A stretch of DNA of 49,001 nt, from positions 1 to 49,001 of the forward strand of contig JBKPRI010000269.1 in NCBI GenBank assembly GCA_046734515.1. Direction: 5' to 3'. The first letter of the stretch is position 1, and each line of letters opens with the position of its first letter. This document shows positions 16,212 through 25,356 of the stretch, piece by piece. The notes beneath the pieces were generated by a model, which ran no database searches, was not told where the DNA came from, and saw nothing but the letters and a program-made list of their open reading frames with translations. This DNA comes from Candidatus Methylomirabilota bacterium (GTDB lineage: Bacteria > Methylomirabilota > Methylomirabilia > Rokubacteriales > CSP1-6). The translations under genes were made by a program, and so were the position numbers.

Positions 16212-17650
16212 GCTCACGGGCGTCCGGCTGGCTGCTCGTCGCCGCAGTGCTGCTCGCCGGCTGCGCGATCGGGCCCGACTACAAGCGTCCGGTGGTGGCC
16301 GAGCCGGCGACGTTCCGCGGCCAGGCGATCGCCGAGGCGGCCTCGTTCGCCGACCAGCCATGGTGGGACGCCTTCCAGGATCCCGGCCTGCAGGCATTGA
16401 TCCGCGAGGCGCTGCGCCAGAACTACGACGTGGCGATCGCTGCCGCGCGCGTGCAGGAAGCCCGCGCCCAGCTCCGCGTGGCGCGCTCGGACCTCTATCC
16501 GTCGCTCAACTACGGCGTCGGCGTGTCGTATAGCAAGGTCGGCCCCGGCATTCAGGGGCAGCCGGGCGGGCCGGTGCCGAACGCGAACGACTTCTACTCG
16601 GCCACGATGTCGGCCTCCTGGGAGATCGACATCTGGGGCCGCGTTCGCCGCTTGAACGAGGCGGCCCGGGCCAATCTCTTCGCCACCGAGGACGCCCGGC
16701 GCGGCGTGTGGCTCACGCTGGTGAGCGATCTCGGCCAGGCCTACTTCGAGCTGCTGGCACTCGACGTGCGGCTCGCGATCGCCCGCAACAGCACGGACGC
16801 CTACCAGCGCACGTACGATCTCTTCCTGGACCGCTTCGAGCACGGTGTGGCGTCCCGGCTGGAAACCTCGCGGGCCCAGGGCGCGCTCGGGGAAGCCCAG
16901 GCCAACATTCCGCAGATCGAGAGCGACATCGTCGCCAAGGAGAATCAGATCAGCATTCTCCTGGGAAAGCCGCCCGGTCCCATCGCTCGCGGCAGGGCGA
17001 TGTACGAGCAGCCGATCGCGCCGGCAGTGCCGGTGGGCCTGCCCTCGGCGCTCCTGGAACGGCGGCCCGACCTGCGCCAGGCCGAGGAGTTCCTCGTGAG
17101 CGCCAACGCGCGCATCGGCGTCGCCAAGGCCGACTTCTTCCCGCGGCTGAGCCTGACCGCGCTCTTCGGCACCGCCAGCCCCGAGCTCTCGGCACTCACC
17201 GGCGGCACCGCAACGATCTGGGCGATGGCCGGCACGCTGAGCGGCCCCCTCTTCAACGCGGGCCGCACGCTCGGGAACTACCGCGCGTCGATCGCGCAGG
17301 CGGACCAGGCGCGGCTGGTCTACGAGCAGGCCGTCCTGATCGCGCTGCGCGAAGTCTCCGATGCTCTCACGGCGCTCGCCAAGCTGGATGAAGCCGAGAC
17401 GGGACAGCGCCTGGCCGTGACCGCGCTGGAGCAGGCCGTCGGCCACGCCACCGACCGCTATCGCCAGGGGCTGGCCAACTACTTCGAGGTGCTGGAGGCT
17501 CAGCAGCAGCTCTACCCGGCGCAGAACGCGCTCGCGCAGATCCGTCGCAACCGCCTGCTGGCCTACGTGCAGCTCTACAAGGCCCTCGGCGGAGGCTGGA
17601 GCCTCACCGACGCCCAGTGGGCGGGTCAGGAGGCAGCGAGAACGCCCTGA
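16208..17650 (+). CDS. RND efflux outer-membrane factor lipoprotein (NodT/OprM family)
   Basis: Lipobox LLAGCAIGPDYKRP, W.FQDP.L..LI..AL..N.D, C-terminus YKALGGGW. ATGA overlap with the permease stop. Confidence 0.9.
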   Translation: MSSRASGWLLVAAVLLAGCAIGPDYKRPVVAEPATFRGQAIAEAASFADQPWWDAFQDPGLQALIREALRQNYDVAIAAARVQEARAQLRVARSDLYPSLNYGVGVSYSKVGPGIQGQPGGPVPNANDFYSATMSASWEIDIWGRVRRLNEAARANLFATEDARRGVWLTLVSDLGQAYFELLALDVRLAIARNSTDAYQRTYDLFLDRFEHGVASRLETSRAQGALGEAQANIPQIESDIVAKENQISILLGKPPGPIARGRAMYEQPIAPAVPVGLPSALLERRPDLRQAEEFLVSANARIGVAKADFFPRLSLTALFGTASPELSALTGGTATIWAMAGTLSGPLFNAGRTLGNYRASIAQADQARLVYEQAVLIALREVSDALTALAKLDEAETGQRLAVTALEQAVGHATDRYRQGLANYFEVLEAQQQLYPAQNALAQIRRNRLLAYVQLYKALGGGWSLTDAQWAGQEAARTP

Positions 17651-17753
17651 GGGCGTGAGACGGCCTAGATAGCGCGTCCTTCGTGGCGGTATGGTTTACT
17701 GTGTTGAGCAGCGATACTCGGCGCGCTCAACCAAAAACCAAGAGTTTGAATCG

Positions 17754-18767
17754 ATGAGCACCCGATTGGTGGGCTCGGTCGGGCTGTGCCTCCTCCTGCT
17801 GCTCGCGGGACCACGTCCGCTGGCTGCGCAGCTGGCTGCGCAGAACGACGCCCTGTCGACGCAATCCTTTCCGGCCTACCACCTGCTGCCGGAGGACTCT
17901 GCCGCTTCCTGGACGCAGCCCTACTTGACGACCCAGCTGTTGATGGACGCGCCTCCCCAGGTCGAAGCCGACCTGCCGCGGTGGGAATTCCTGGAGCGTC
18001 ACCAGCGGCTCTTTTCGATCCTCATTCCCATCACGTCGGTGGGCGGGGTCATGGCGAACTCGCTGATCGGGTACGACAAGAATCACAGCCTCGAGATCCA
18101 CCACGAGGGCTTTTTCGGTCGCAACACGACCAACGGGGGGGCGGACAAGGCCTCGCACCTCACCGATTACTTCATCGTCGCCAATCTCTTCGAGGATGTT
18201 TACAGGATGCTCGGATACTCGGAGAACGCGGCAATCCTGTGGGGCTTCGGCATCGCGGTCGCCACGGGTGCCGCGAATGAGCTGAGCGACGGGTTCACGA
18301 GACACGGTTTTTCCTGGGAAGATCTCGTGATGGACACGACCGGGGCCGCGATTGCCAGCGTGGTCTCGTTCACCCACACCAAGGACCTCTTCGGATTGCG
18401 AACGTCTCACGTCCCCGGAAAGTTCTACGACAACGACGTGTACTCGGGGGATCTCAAGCTCTCGGGGGTCGGACAGCGTCTGGGAGTCAACATCGGCCCT
18501 CTGCGCTGGCTGCTCCTCTCGGCCACCTACAGCACCAAGGGTTACCGGGCCAACCCCCCGACCGAAGAACAGCGCCTGGTCGGCATCGAGGTGGGTCTCA
18601 ACCTTCAGCAGATCCTGAACGACCTCGGAGTGAAGCGGAACACGTGGTGGGGGTACGCGCTTCATCTCGTCGGTGACAATGTCCGCTTCCCCTACACCGC
18701 GGTGGGATGGCGATATGACGTGAACCACGGCAAGTGGCACGGTCCGAACAGCGGCAATTTCGACTAG
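17754..18767 (+). CDS. secreted protein with DUF2279/YfiM-like core and extra C-terminal region
   Basis: Signal peptide MSTRLVGSVGLCLLLLLAGPRPLAAQ from the ATG at 17754. The core GGADKASHLTDYFIVANL...GAANELSDGF..HGFSWEDLVMDTTGAAIASVV resembles, from memory, E. coli YfiM (DKALHF...SKELWDS..GWSWKDLAWDVAGA). Confidence 0.5.
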   Translation: MSTRLVGSVGLCLLLLLAGPRPLAAQLAAQNDALSTQSFPAYHLLPEDSAASWTQPYLTTQLLMDAPPQVEADLPRWEFLERHQRLFSILIPITSVGGVMANSLIGYDKNHSLEIHHEGFFGRNTTNGGADKASHLTDYFIVANLFEDVYRMLGYSENAAILWGFGIAVATGAANELSDGFTRHGFSWEDLVMDTTGAAIASVVSFTHTKDLFGLRTSHVPGKFYDNDVYSGDLKLSGVGQRLGVNIGPLRWLLLSATYSTKGYRANPPTEEQRLVGIEVGLNLQQILNDLGVKRNTWWGYALHLVGDNVRFPYTAVGWRYDVNHGKWHGPNSGNFD

Positions 18768-18782
18768 AGCGGGGGGCGGACG

Positions 18783-19967
18783 CTAGGCGCGCACCTCGCG
18801 TCCCAGGTATTCGACGGCGGCCTGGAGGCCGCCCCGCCCGTGCGGGATGTCCAGCGCACCGAGCGCCATCTCGACCGCGCCGAGCACACCGAAGACCATC
18901 GGTGCGTTGACGTAGCCCATGTGTGCGATCCGGAACGCGCGGCCCTGCAGCTCACCAATCCCGCGACCGAGCACGACCCCGCACTTCTCGCGACAATAGT
19001 CGCTGAGCGGGCCGGGCTCGCGGCCCTGCACCAGCACCGTGGTGACCGAGTTCGCGCGCTCCTCGGCGCGGACGACGTTGAACGCGAGCGCCTCCGCCTC
19101 CGCCCACCGGCTCACGGCCTGGCGCGTGGCCTCGGCGAGCAGCGCGTGCCGGCGGATCGCGGCGTCCAGGCCCTCCTCGAGGAGCATGTCGAGCGCCGTG
19201 CGCAGGCCGAACAGCAGGTGCTGCGGCGGCGTGCCCCCGTACTTCTGGTAATGCGCCTCGCCGTTGCGGAACGTCCAGTCCCAGTAGCGCGTGCGGAGAT
19301 CCGCGTGCTCGTGGGCGGCGAGCGCGCGCGCGCTGGCGGCGACGAACGCGAGGCCGGGCGGCGTCATCAGCCCCTTCTGCGAACCCGCCATCGCGACGTC
19401 GATCCCCCACGCATCCATCTCGAACGCCATGCAGCCGAGCGACGCCACGCAATCCACCATCAGCAGCGCGGGGTGGCCGACCGACGCGATCGCGCGCTGG
19501 ATCGCCGGAAGATCGTTCACCACACCGGAGGCGGTATCGATCTGGACGACGAGAATGGCCTTGATCTCGCGCGTGGTATCGGCGGCGAGGCGCTGCGCGA
19601 GCGCCGCGGGATCGACCGCGCGCCGCGGGTTGCCCTTCAAGACCTCGACCTTGACGCCCATCATCCGCGCCATGTCGCCCCATCCGAGCGCGAACAGGCC
19701 GCTCTCGAGCACCAGCACGGTCTCACCGCGCGACAGCACGTTGGTGAGCGCGGCCTCCCAGCCGCCGTGGCCGTTCGCGGCGTAGATGTAGGCGCGCCCG
19801 GTCGTCCGGAAGATCTTCGGCAGATCCTCGAGAAGGCTGTGGGTGACGGCGAGCATGTCGCCGGCGTAGATGTCGATGGCCGGCCGGTGCATCGCGGCCA
19901 GCACCGCGTCGGGAATGTTCGTGGGCCCTGGAATGCTGAGAAATTCGCGACCCCTGGAGACTGTCAT
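18783..19967 (-). CDS. class V PLP aminotransferase (serine/alanine-glyoxylate aminotransferase family)
   Basis: MTVSRGREFLSIPGPTNIPDAVLAAM, PLP-lysine motif AGSQKGLM, RIAHMGY. An internal ATG at 19967 is chosen because it gives the family-typical N-terminus. Confidence 0.85.
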   Translation of the reverse strand: MTVSRGREFLSIPGPTNIPDAVLAAMHRPAIDIYAGDMLAVTHSLLEDLPKIFRTTGRAYIYAANGHGGWEAALTNVLSRGETVLVLESGLFALGWGDMARMMGVKVEVLKGNPRRAVDPAALAQRLAADTTREIKAILVVQIDTASGVVNDLPAIQRAIASVGHPALLMVDCVASLGCMAFEMDAWGIDVAMAGSQKGLMTPPGLAFVAASARALAAHEHADLRTRYWDWTFRNGEAHYQKYGGTPPQHLLFGLRTALDMLLEEGLDAAIRRHALLAEATRQAVSRWAEAEALAFNVVRAEERANSVTTVLVQGREPGPLSDYCREKCGVVLGRGIGELQGRAFRIAHMGYVNAPMVFGVLGAVEMALGALDIPHGRGGLQAAVEYLGREVRA

Positions 19968-20052
19968 GGGGTCAATTCTAAGCCGACTCCGCGCACCGTT
20001 GCGGAATTCTGCCGCCCCCGTAGAATCCCGGGCCAGGAGGAACGCCACGGCG

Positions 20053-22098
20053 GTGCGCTATCGGCTCGGGATCGACATCGGGGGCACGTTCACCGACTTC
20101 GCGCTCTTCGACACCGAACGGGGCGAGATGCTCGGGCTCAAAGTCCCCTCGACGCCGCAGGATTTCTCGGACGCGGTCGCGGTCGGTCTGCAGCAGCTCG
20201 CGGAGGAGCACGGCATCGCACTCGGCGAGCTCGGCACCGTGGTGCACGGGACGACCATCGCCGTCAACACACTGATCCAGCGGACCGGCGCTCGCCTGGG
20301 GCTGCTGGTGACCGACGGCTTTCGCGACGTGCTCGAGCTGCAGCGGCTGCGGCTGCCGAACCCCTTCGACCTCGACGGCGCCCGGCCCCTGCCCCTGATC
20401 CCGCGTGAGCGGGTGGCCGAAGTGCGCGAGCGCCTGCGCGCCGACGGCCGTGTCGATACACCGCTCGACGAGGCCAGCGTGCGCGACGCCGTGCGCCGGC
20501 TGGCCGGCCTGGGCGTCGAGGGCCTCGTGGTCTCGCTGCTTCACGCCTATCGTGATCCGGCGCACGAGCGCCGGACGCGGACCATCGCCGAGGCCGCCGC
20601 CGGCCTGCCGGTGACCATCTCGGGCGACGTCTGGCCTCAGGCGCGCGAATACGAGCGGACGGCGCTGGCGGTGCTCGACGCCTACGTGCAGCCGAAGGTG
20701 CGTCACTACCTCGCCGGGTTCGAGCGGGCGCTGGCCGCGCGCGGCGTGCCGGCGGCGCTGATGGTGACAAAGTCGAACGGGGGCATCATGCCGGTCGGGG
20801 CGGCTCGTGGGCAGGCGGTGACGACGCTGCTCTCGGGCCCGGCCTCAGGCGTGATCGGCGCCGCCTACATCGCCGCCGAGTCGGGACGGCCCAACGTCAT
20901 CACGCTCGACGTCGGCGGCACCAGCGCCGACCTCGCGGTCGTCGAGCGCGGGCGCCCGCGCTCGAGCACGAGCGAGCACGTCGGCGGCGTGCCGGTGATG
21001 ATGCCCGTGGTCGGTGTCACGGCCATCGGCGCCGGTGGCGGCTCGGTGGCGTGGGTGGACGACGTCGGCGTGCCGAAGGTGGGGCCGCAGAGCACCGGAG
21101 CGCACCCGGGCCCGGCCTGCTACGCGCGCGGCGGTAAAGAGGCGACCCTCACTGACGCGTTCCTCGTCTGCGGCTATCTCGATGCCGAGCGGTTTCTCGG
21201 CGGGCGCATGCGCTTACACCTCGAGCTGGCCGAGGAGGCCATCGCCCGCTTTGCTGATCGACTCGGCGTGGCGGTCCCCGAGGCGGCCGAGAGCATCGTG
21301 CGCGTGGCCGTCTCGAACATGTACGCGGAGTTCACGAAGATTCTGTCGCGCGCGGCGGTGGACCCGCGCGATTTCGCCCTCGTCGCGTTCGGGGGCGCCG
21401 GTCCCGTCGTCGGCGCGCTGCTGGCCCGCGAGGTCGGCGTGTCCGCGGTGTTCGTGCCGCGCTCCCCGGGAACCCTGTGCGCGCTCGGCGCGCTGTGCGC
21501 CGACGTCGTCAACGACGCGGTGCGCACCGTGCACGTGCGCATGGACGACACGACACTTGCCTGGGCAGCGCTGGGCGAGCAGGGCGAGGCGTTGCGCGCC
21601 GAGCTGGCCGACTGGCTCGCGCGGCACGGGACCGACGCGGGCCCGGCGACCTTTCGTCACGCCGCCGACATGCGCTACGTGGGGCAGTCCTACGAGATCG
21701 AGGTGCCCATCGATCCCGGCTGGCTCACAGCGGGTGGCGTCACGACGATCCTCCGAGCCTTTCACGACGCCCACGAGCGGCTGTACGGCCACGCCGATCG
21801 CCAGGCGCCGGCAGAGATCGTCAACCTGCGCGTGCAGCTGCGCGCGGCGCGCCCCCGCGTCCCGCTGGTCGAGTTACCGGCCGGCGCCACGACGGCGGTC
21901 CCGCGCACGGCCCGCCGCGTCTGGCTCGACGGCCGGTCCGTCGAGGCGCAGGTCTTCGAGCGCGCCACGCTCGGCCGGGGCGCGCGTCTCGTGGGCCCGG
22001 CCGTCGTCGAGCAGCCGGACACCACTGTGCTGCTGCCGGTCGGCCACGTCGGCGAGGTCGATCGCTTTGGCAACCTGCTGATCCGGAGGGAAGGCTGA
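20053..22098 (+). CDS. hydantoinase/oxoprolinase family protein, A subunit (HyuA-like)
   Basis: RYRLGIDIGGTFTDF, DVGGTSADL, FGGAGP. A GTG at 20053 is in frame, with AGGAGG at 20035-20040. The upstream part of the track ORF overlaps the divergent aminotransferase. Confidence 0.85.
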   Translation: MRYRLGIDIGGTFTDFALFDTERGEMLGLKVPSTPQDFSDAVAVGLQQLAEEHGIALGELGTVVHGTTIAVNTLIQRTGARLGLLVTDGFRDVLELQRLRLPNPFDLDGARPLPLIPRERVAEVRERLRADGRVDTPLDEASVRDAVRRLAGLGVEGLVVSLLHAYRDPAHERRTRTIAEAAAGLPVTISGDVWPQAREYERTALAVLDAYVQPKVRHYLAGFERALAARGVPAALMVTKSNGGIMPVGAARGQAVTTLLSGPASGVIGAAYIAAESGRPNVITLDVGGTSADLAVVERGRPRSSTSEHVGGVPVMMPVVGVTAIGAGGGSVAWVDDVGVPKVGPQSTGAHPGPACYARGGKEATLTDAFLVCGYLDAERFLGGRMRLHLELAEEAIARFADRLGVAVPEAAESIVRVAVSNMYAEFTKILSRAAVDPRDFALVAFGGAGPVVGALLAREVGVSAVFVPRSPGTLCALGALCADVVNDAVRTVHVRMDDTTLAWAALGEQGEALRAELADWLARHGTDAGPATFRHAADMRYVGQSYEIEVPIDPGWLTAGGVTTILRAFHDAHERLYGHADRQAPAEIVNLRVQLRAARPRVPLVELPAGATTAVPRTARRVWLDGRSVEAQVFERATLGRGARLVGPAVVEQPDTTVLLPVGHVGEVDRFGNLLIRREG

Positions 22099-24134
22099 TG
22101 CGCCTCGACGCGCTGACCGTGGAGATCCTCCGCAACTACCTCCAGGGCGCGGTGGAAGAGATGGCGTACGTCACCGAGCGCACGGCCTACACCACGTTCG
22201 TCAAGGAGACCGCCGACTTCACCGCGGGACTCTTGACGCCCTCCGGCGAGTTCTTCGCGTATCCGGTCGAGCTGGGCGTAGCCTCGTTCGGCGGCATCAG
22301 CTATGCGCACACGCTGGAGACGGTGGGACCGCTCGAGGCCGGCGACGTGATCATCACCAATGATCCCTACGGCTCGGCCGCGGCCGCCACCCACCTGCCC
22401 GACATTCACCTCATCCGGCCGATCTTCCACGACGGGCGTTTGATCGCCCACGGCGCGGGATTTCTCCATAGCTCCGACGTCGGCGGCATGGTGCCGGCCA
22501 GCATCTCCCCGCGCGCGTCGGAGATCTTCCAGGAAGGGCTGCGGCTGCCGCCGAAGAAGCTCTTCGTGCGTGGCGCCGTGAACCGCGACCTCCTGGACGT
22601 GATCCTCGCCAACTGTCGCATCCCCGAGCAGAACTGGGGCGACCTGCAGGCGCTGGTGGCCGGGCTCACGACCGGCGAGCGCCGCATGCACGAGCTGATC
22701 CGGCGCTTCGGCTCCGACACCGTCGACAAGGCGATGGACGATTTGATCGACTACGCCGCGCGCAAGGTCGAGGCGCTGATCCGCCGCATGCCCGCCGGCC
22801 GCTATGAGTTCTGTGACTACATCGAGGACGACGTGGTCACGGACATCCCGATCCGTCTGAACGTCGCGCTCACGATCGGCGACGGCCGGATCCATCTCGA
22901 CTTCACGGGCAGCGACGTCCAGGTCGGCTCCGCACTCAATGTGCCGACGGCGGGACGCGTTCACCCGTTCATGGCCGTGGCGCTGGTGAACTACTTCGCC
23001 ACCCGCGACCGCACCATTCCGCTGAACGCCGGCGTGTTGAAGCCGGTGCGGATGACGCTGCCCGAGGGCTCGGTCGTGAATCCGAGATTCCCGGCGGCGT
23101 GCGGCGTCCGTTACGCCACCGTGCTGCGGATTTACGACGCCGTGCTGGGCGCCCTCGCCCGCGCGGTCCCGGAGCACATCCCGGCCGCCAGCGGCGGGCA
23201 GGGCTGCATGGTCGCGCTCTCGCTGCCGGATGCCGAGGCCGGCCGGCGTCACGTGACGGTGATCGAGCCGATGATCGGCGGTGGCGGCGGCCGACCCGGC
23301 CGCGACGGCATCGACGGTTGCGACGCCTCGCTCGGCTTCCTCAAGACGACGCCGGCCGAGACGCTCGAGGCGGAGGTGCCGATCGTGGTGCGCCGGTTTC
23401 ACCTGGTGCCGGACTCGGCCGGCCCCGGACGGTTTCGCGGCGGGTTCGGCGTGCGTCTGGACTTCCAGGTGTTCCGCCCCGAGGGTCTCGTGACCGCGCG
23501 CGGAATGGAGCGGCTGCGCTTCGCGCCGTGGGGCGTGGCCGGCGGCACGGCCGGCGCGACCGGCAGCGTCGTGCTGAACCCGGGGACGCCGGCGGAGCGC
23601 GTGCTGCCGAAGATCGACGTCCTCGCGCTGGAGCCGGGCGACGTCCTGAGCGTGCGCACTCCGGGTGGCGGCGGTCACGGTGACCGGTTCGACCGGTCGC
23701 CGGCCGCGGTGCTGGCCGACGTCGCCTCGGGGCTCGTCTCACGGGAGCTCGCGCGCGAGGCGTACGGAGTCGTGCTCGTCGGCGATCGCGTCGACGCGAC
23801 GGCGACCGCTGCTCTGCGCGCCACGGAGCGCCAGCGCGCAGCAGCGGCCGGCAGTGGGTCCTCCGGAGACGTCGCGTTCGATTTCGGGCCCGCGCGCCGC
23901 GCGCACGAGCGCCGCTGGCCGCCCGCGCTGCAGGACGCGTTCATCGCGCTGCTGATGAGCCTGCCGGCGCCCTACCGCGCGTACGCGCGCCGCACACTCT
24001 ACGGGCGCGTCGAAACGCTGTCCGCGCAGCGGCCGGTGACGGCGGCGGATCTCGATCGCCTGTGGCAGGATCTGTCAGACGCGATCGGGCTCCGCGTCCC
24101 GCGGAGCGATCTTCCTCGACCAGCCCCACGCTAG
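22098..24134 (+). CDS. hydantoinase B/oxoprolinase family protein (HyuB-like)
   Basis: MRLDALTVEILRNYL..EEM, ETADFTAGLLTP, ITNDPY, PGGGGHGD. The ATG overlaps the hyuA-like stop by 1 nt (cTGATG). The N-terminal part of the 885-aa track ORF is out-of-frame overlap of hyuA. Confidence 0.85.
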   Translation: MRLDALTVEILRNYLQGAVEEMAYVTERTAYTTFVKETADFTAGLLTPSGEFFAYPVELGVASFGGISYAHTLETVGPLEAGDVIITNDPYGSAAAATHLPDIHLIRPIFHDGRLIAHGAGFLHSSDVGGMVPASISPRASEIFQEGLRLPPKKLFVRGAVNRDLLDVILANCRIPEQNWGDLQALVAGLTTGERRMHELIRRFGSDTVDKAMDDLIDYAARKVEALIRRMPAGRYEFCDYIEDDVVTDIPIRLNVALTIGDGRIHLDFTGSDVQVGSALNVPTAGRVHPFMAVALVNYFATRDRTIPLNAGVLKPVRMTLPEGSVVNPRFPAACGVRYATVLRIYDAVLGALARAVPEHIPAASGGQGCMVALSLPDAEAGRRHVTVIEPMIGGGGGRPGRDGIDGCDASLGFLKTTPAETLEAEVPIVVRRFHLVPDSAGPGRFRGGFGVRLDFQVFRPEGLVTARGMERLRFAPWGVAGGTAGATGSVVLNPGTPAERVLPKIDVLALEPGDVLSVRTPGGGGHGDRFDRSPAAVLADVASGLVSRELAREAYGVVLVGDRVDATATAALRATERQRAAAAGSGSSGDVAFDFGPARRAHERRWPPALQDAFIALLMSLPAPYRAYARRTLYGRVETLSAQRPVTAADLDRLWQDLSDAIGLRVPRSDLPRPAPR

Positions 24135-24204
24135 CGAGACGCCGACCGCACGATCGGTAGCGGCGGGCGCGACTCCGTGAGACGATTTTTTGCGAGCGCC
24201 CTTC

Positions 24205-25356
24205 ATGCACAGACGCCGCTGGCGGCCGGGTCTCGCGATTCATGCCCTCGCCGTCCTCGGGCTCGTGGCATGCGCCACGCGAGGGGCCGGGCCGCTGGCC
24301 GGCGCCATCCCAGCGTCGGATGCGGAGGCGATCGACGGCCTCTTCGCCGACTATGCCGTCCCTCACGGGCCGGGCGCCGCCGTCGCGGTCGTCGTGAACG
24401 GCCGTGTCGCGTTCTCCCGTGGTTATGGCCTGGCCAACATCGGAACGAAGACCGCCGTCACCGAGCACACCATCTTCCGGCTCGCCTCGCTCACGAAGGC
24501 GTTCACCGCGATGGCGATCATGCTGCTGGTGGACGAGGGGCGTTTAGACCTCGAGGACCATGTTCAGCGCATCCTTCCCGATTTTCCGTCGTATGGGCGA
24601 GACATCACGGTTCGTCATTTGCTCACGCACACCTCCGGCCTCCCTCCCTACCAGAAACTCGTTCCCGACCTGGTCACGCGACAGATCACGGACCGCGACG
24701 CGCTGATCCTGCTGCGCCGGGCCGGCCCCATCCAGTTCGCGCCCGGGTCGGAGTTTCGCTATGGCGATTCCGGCTACGCGATGCTTGCCCTCGTGGTGGA
24801 AGCCGTTTCGAAGACGCCCTTTGCGCGATTCGTCCACGATCGGATCTTCGCGCGCGCCGACATGACGTCGGCGACGTTCTACGAGCCCGGCCTCTCCGTC
24901 GGACCCCATCGCGCGCTCGGCTACTCCGTCACCACCACCGGCGTCCAGCTCGCCGATCAGAGCGCCACGAGCGCCGTGCTCGGCGATGGCGGCATCTACG
25001 CCTCGGTGCGGGACCTCGCCGCCTGGGATCGCGCGCTCGACGATCACACGCTCGTCAGCCCGCGCCTCCAGCAGATCGCCTGGACACCGGCGAGACTGAG
25101 CGACGGGACACGGGCACCTTATGGATTCGGCTGGTTCGTCGACGACGACGCCAGCGGCGTTCGGCTGTCGCATCACGGCGAGACGAGCGGATTCAATCAT
25201 TTCATCCTGAAGTATCCGAAGCGACGGCTCACCGTGGTCATCTTGACCAATCGGCGGAGCGGGACGCCGAGAACGATCGCGGCGGCGATCGCCGCGCTCC
25301 GCTCACTTCGGCCCGGCACGACGGCGAGCGCATGGTCCGCAGGAGGCCTATCGTGA
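24205..25356 (+). CDS. serine hydrolase (beta-lactamase/PBP4* family), lipoprotein
   Basis: Lipobox LGLVAC, SxxK motif FRLASLTKAF, RYGDSGYAML, HHGETSGF. Confidence 0.8.
   Translation: MHRRRWRPGLAIHALAVLGLVACATRGAGPLAGAIPASDAEAIDGLFADYAVPHGPGAAVAVVVNGRVAFSRGYGLANIGTKTAVTEHTIFRLASLTKAFTAMAIMLLVDEGRLDLEDHVQRILPDFPSYGRDITVRHLLTHTSGLPPYQKLVPDLVTRQITDRDALILLRRAGPIQFAPGSEFRYGDSGYAMLALVVEAVSKTPFARFVHDRIFARADMTSATFYEPGLSVGPHRALGYSVTTTGVQLADQSATSAVLGDGGIYASVRDLAAWDRALDDHTLVSPRLQQIAWTPARLSDGTRAPYGFGWFVDDDASGVRLSHHGETSGFNHFILKYPKRRLTVVILTNRRSGTPRTIAAAIAALRSLRPGTTASAWSAGGLS

Noticed and set aside
12021-17446. Antisense ORFs 12021-14285 (754 aa), 15168-16397 and 16214-17446 over the RND operon, and plus-strand ORF 12911-14302
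   Set aside because: The opposite or alternative frames encode textbook MFP, RND and OMF proteins. The shadow ORFs are low-complexity and Arg/Asp/His-rich.
21477-24134. 885-aa track ORF suggesting a much larger HyuB
   Set aside because: Its first 207 codons are an out-of-frame overlap of the hyuA-like gene, with Arg/Pro/Gly-rich content. The canonical HyuB N-terminus MRLDALTVEILRNY begins at the ATG at 22098, which overlaps the hyuA stop.
23700-24134. C-terminal ~140-aa extension of HyuB as a possible fused extra domain
   Set aside because: I see no recognisable motif. HyuB-family proteins vary in C-terminal length, and there is no sign of a frameshift or internal start.
24135-24204. Possible intrinsic terminator after hyuB (T6 run at 24185-24190)
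   Set aside because: I could find no stable GC-rich stem immediately preceding the T-run, only an imperfect palindrome at about 24148-24163.
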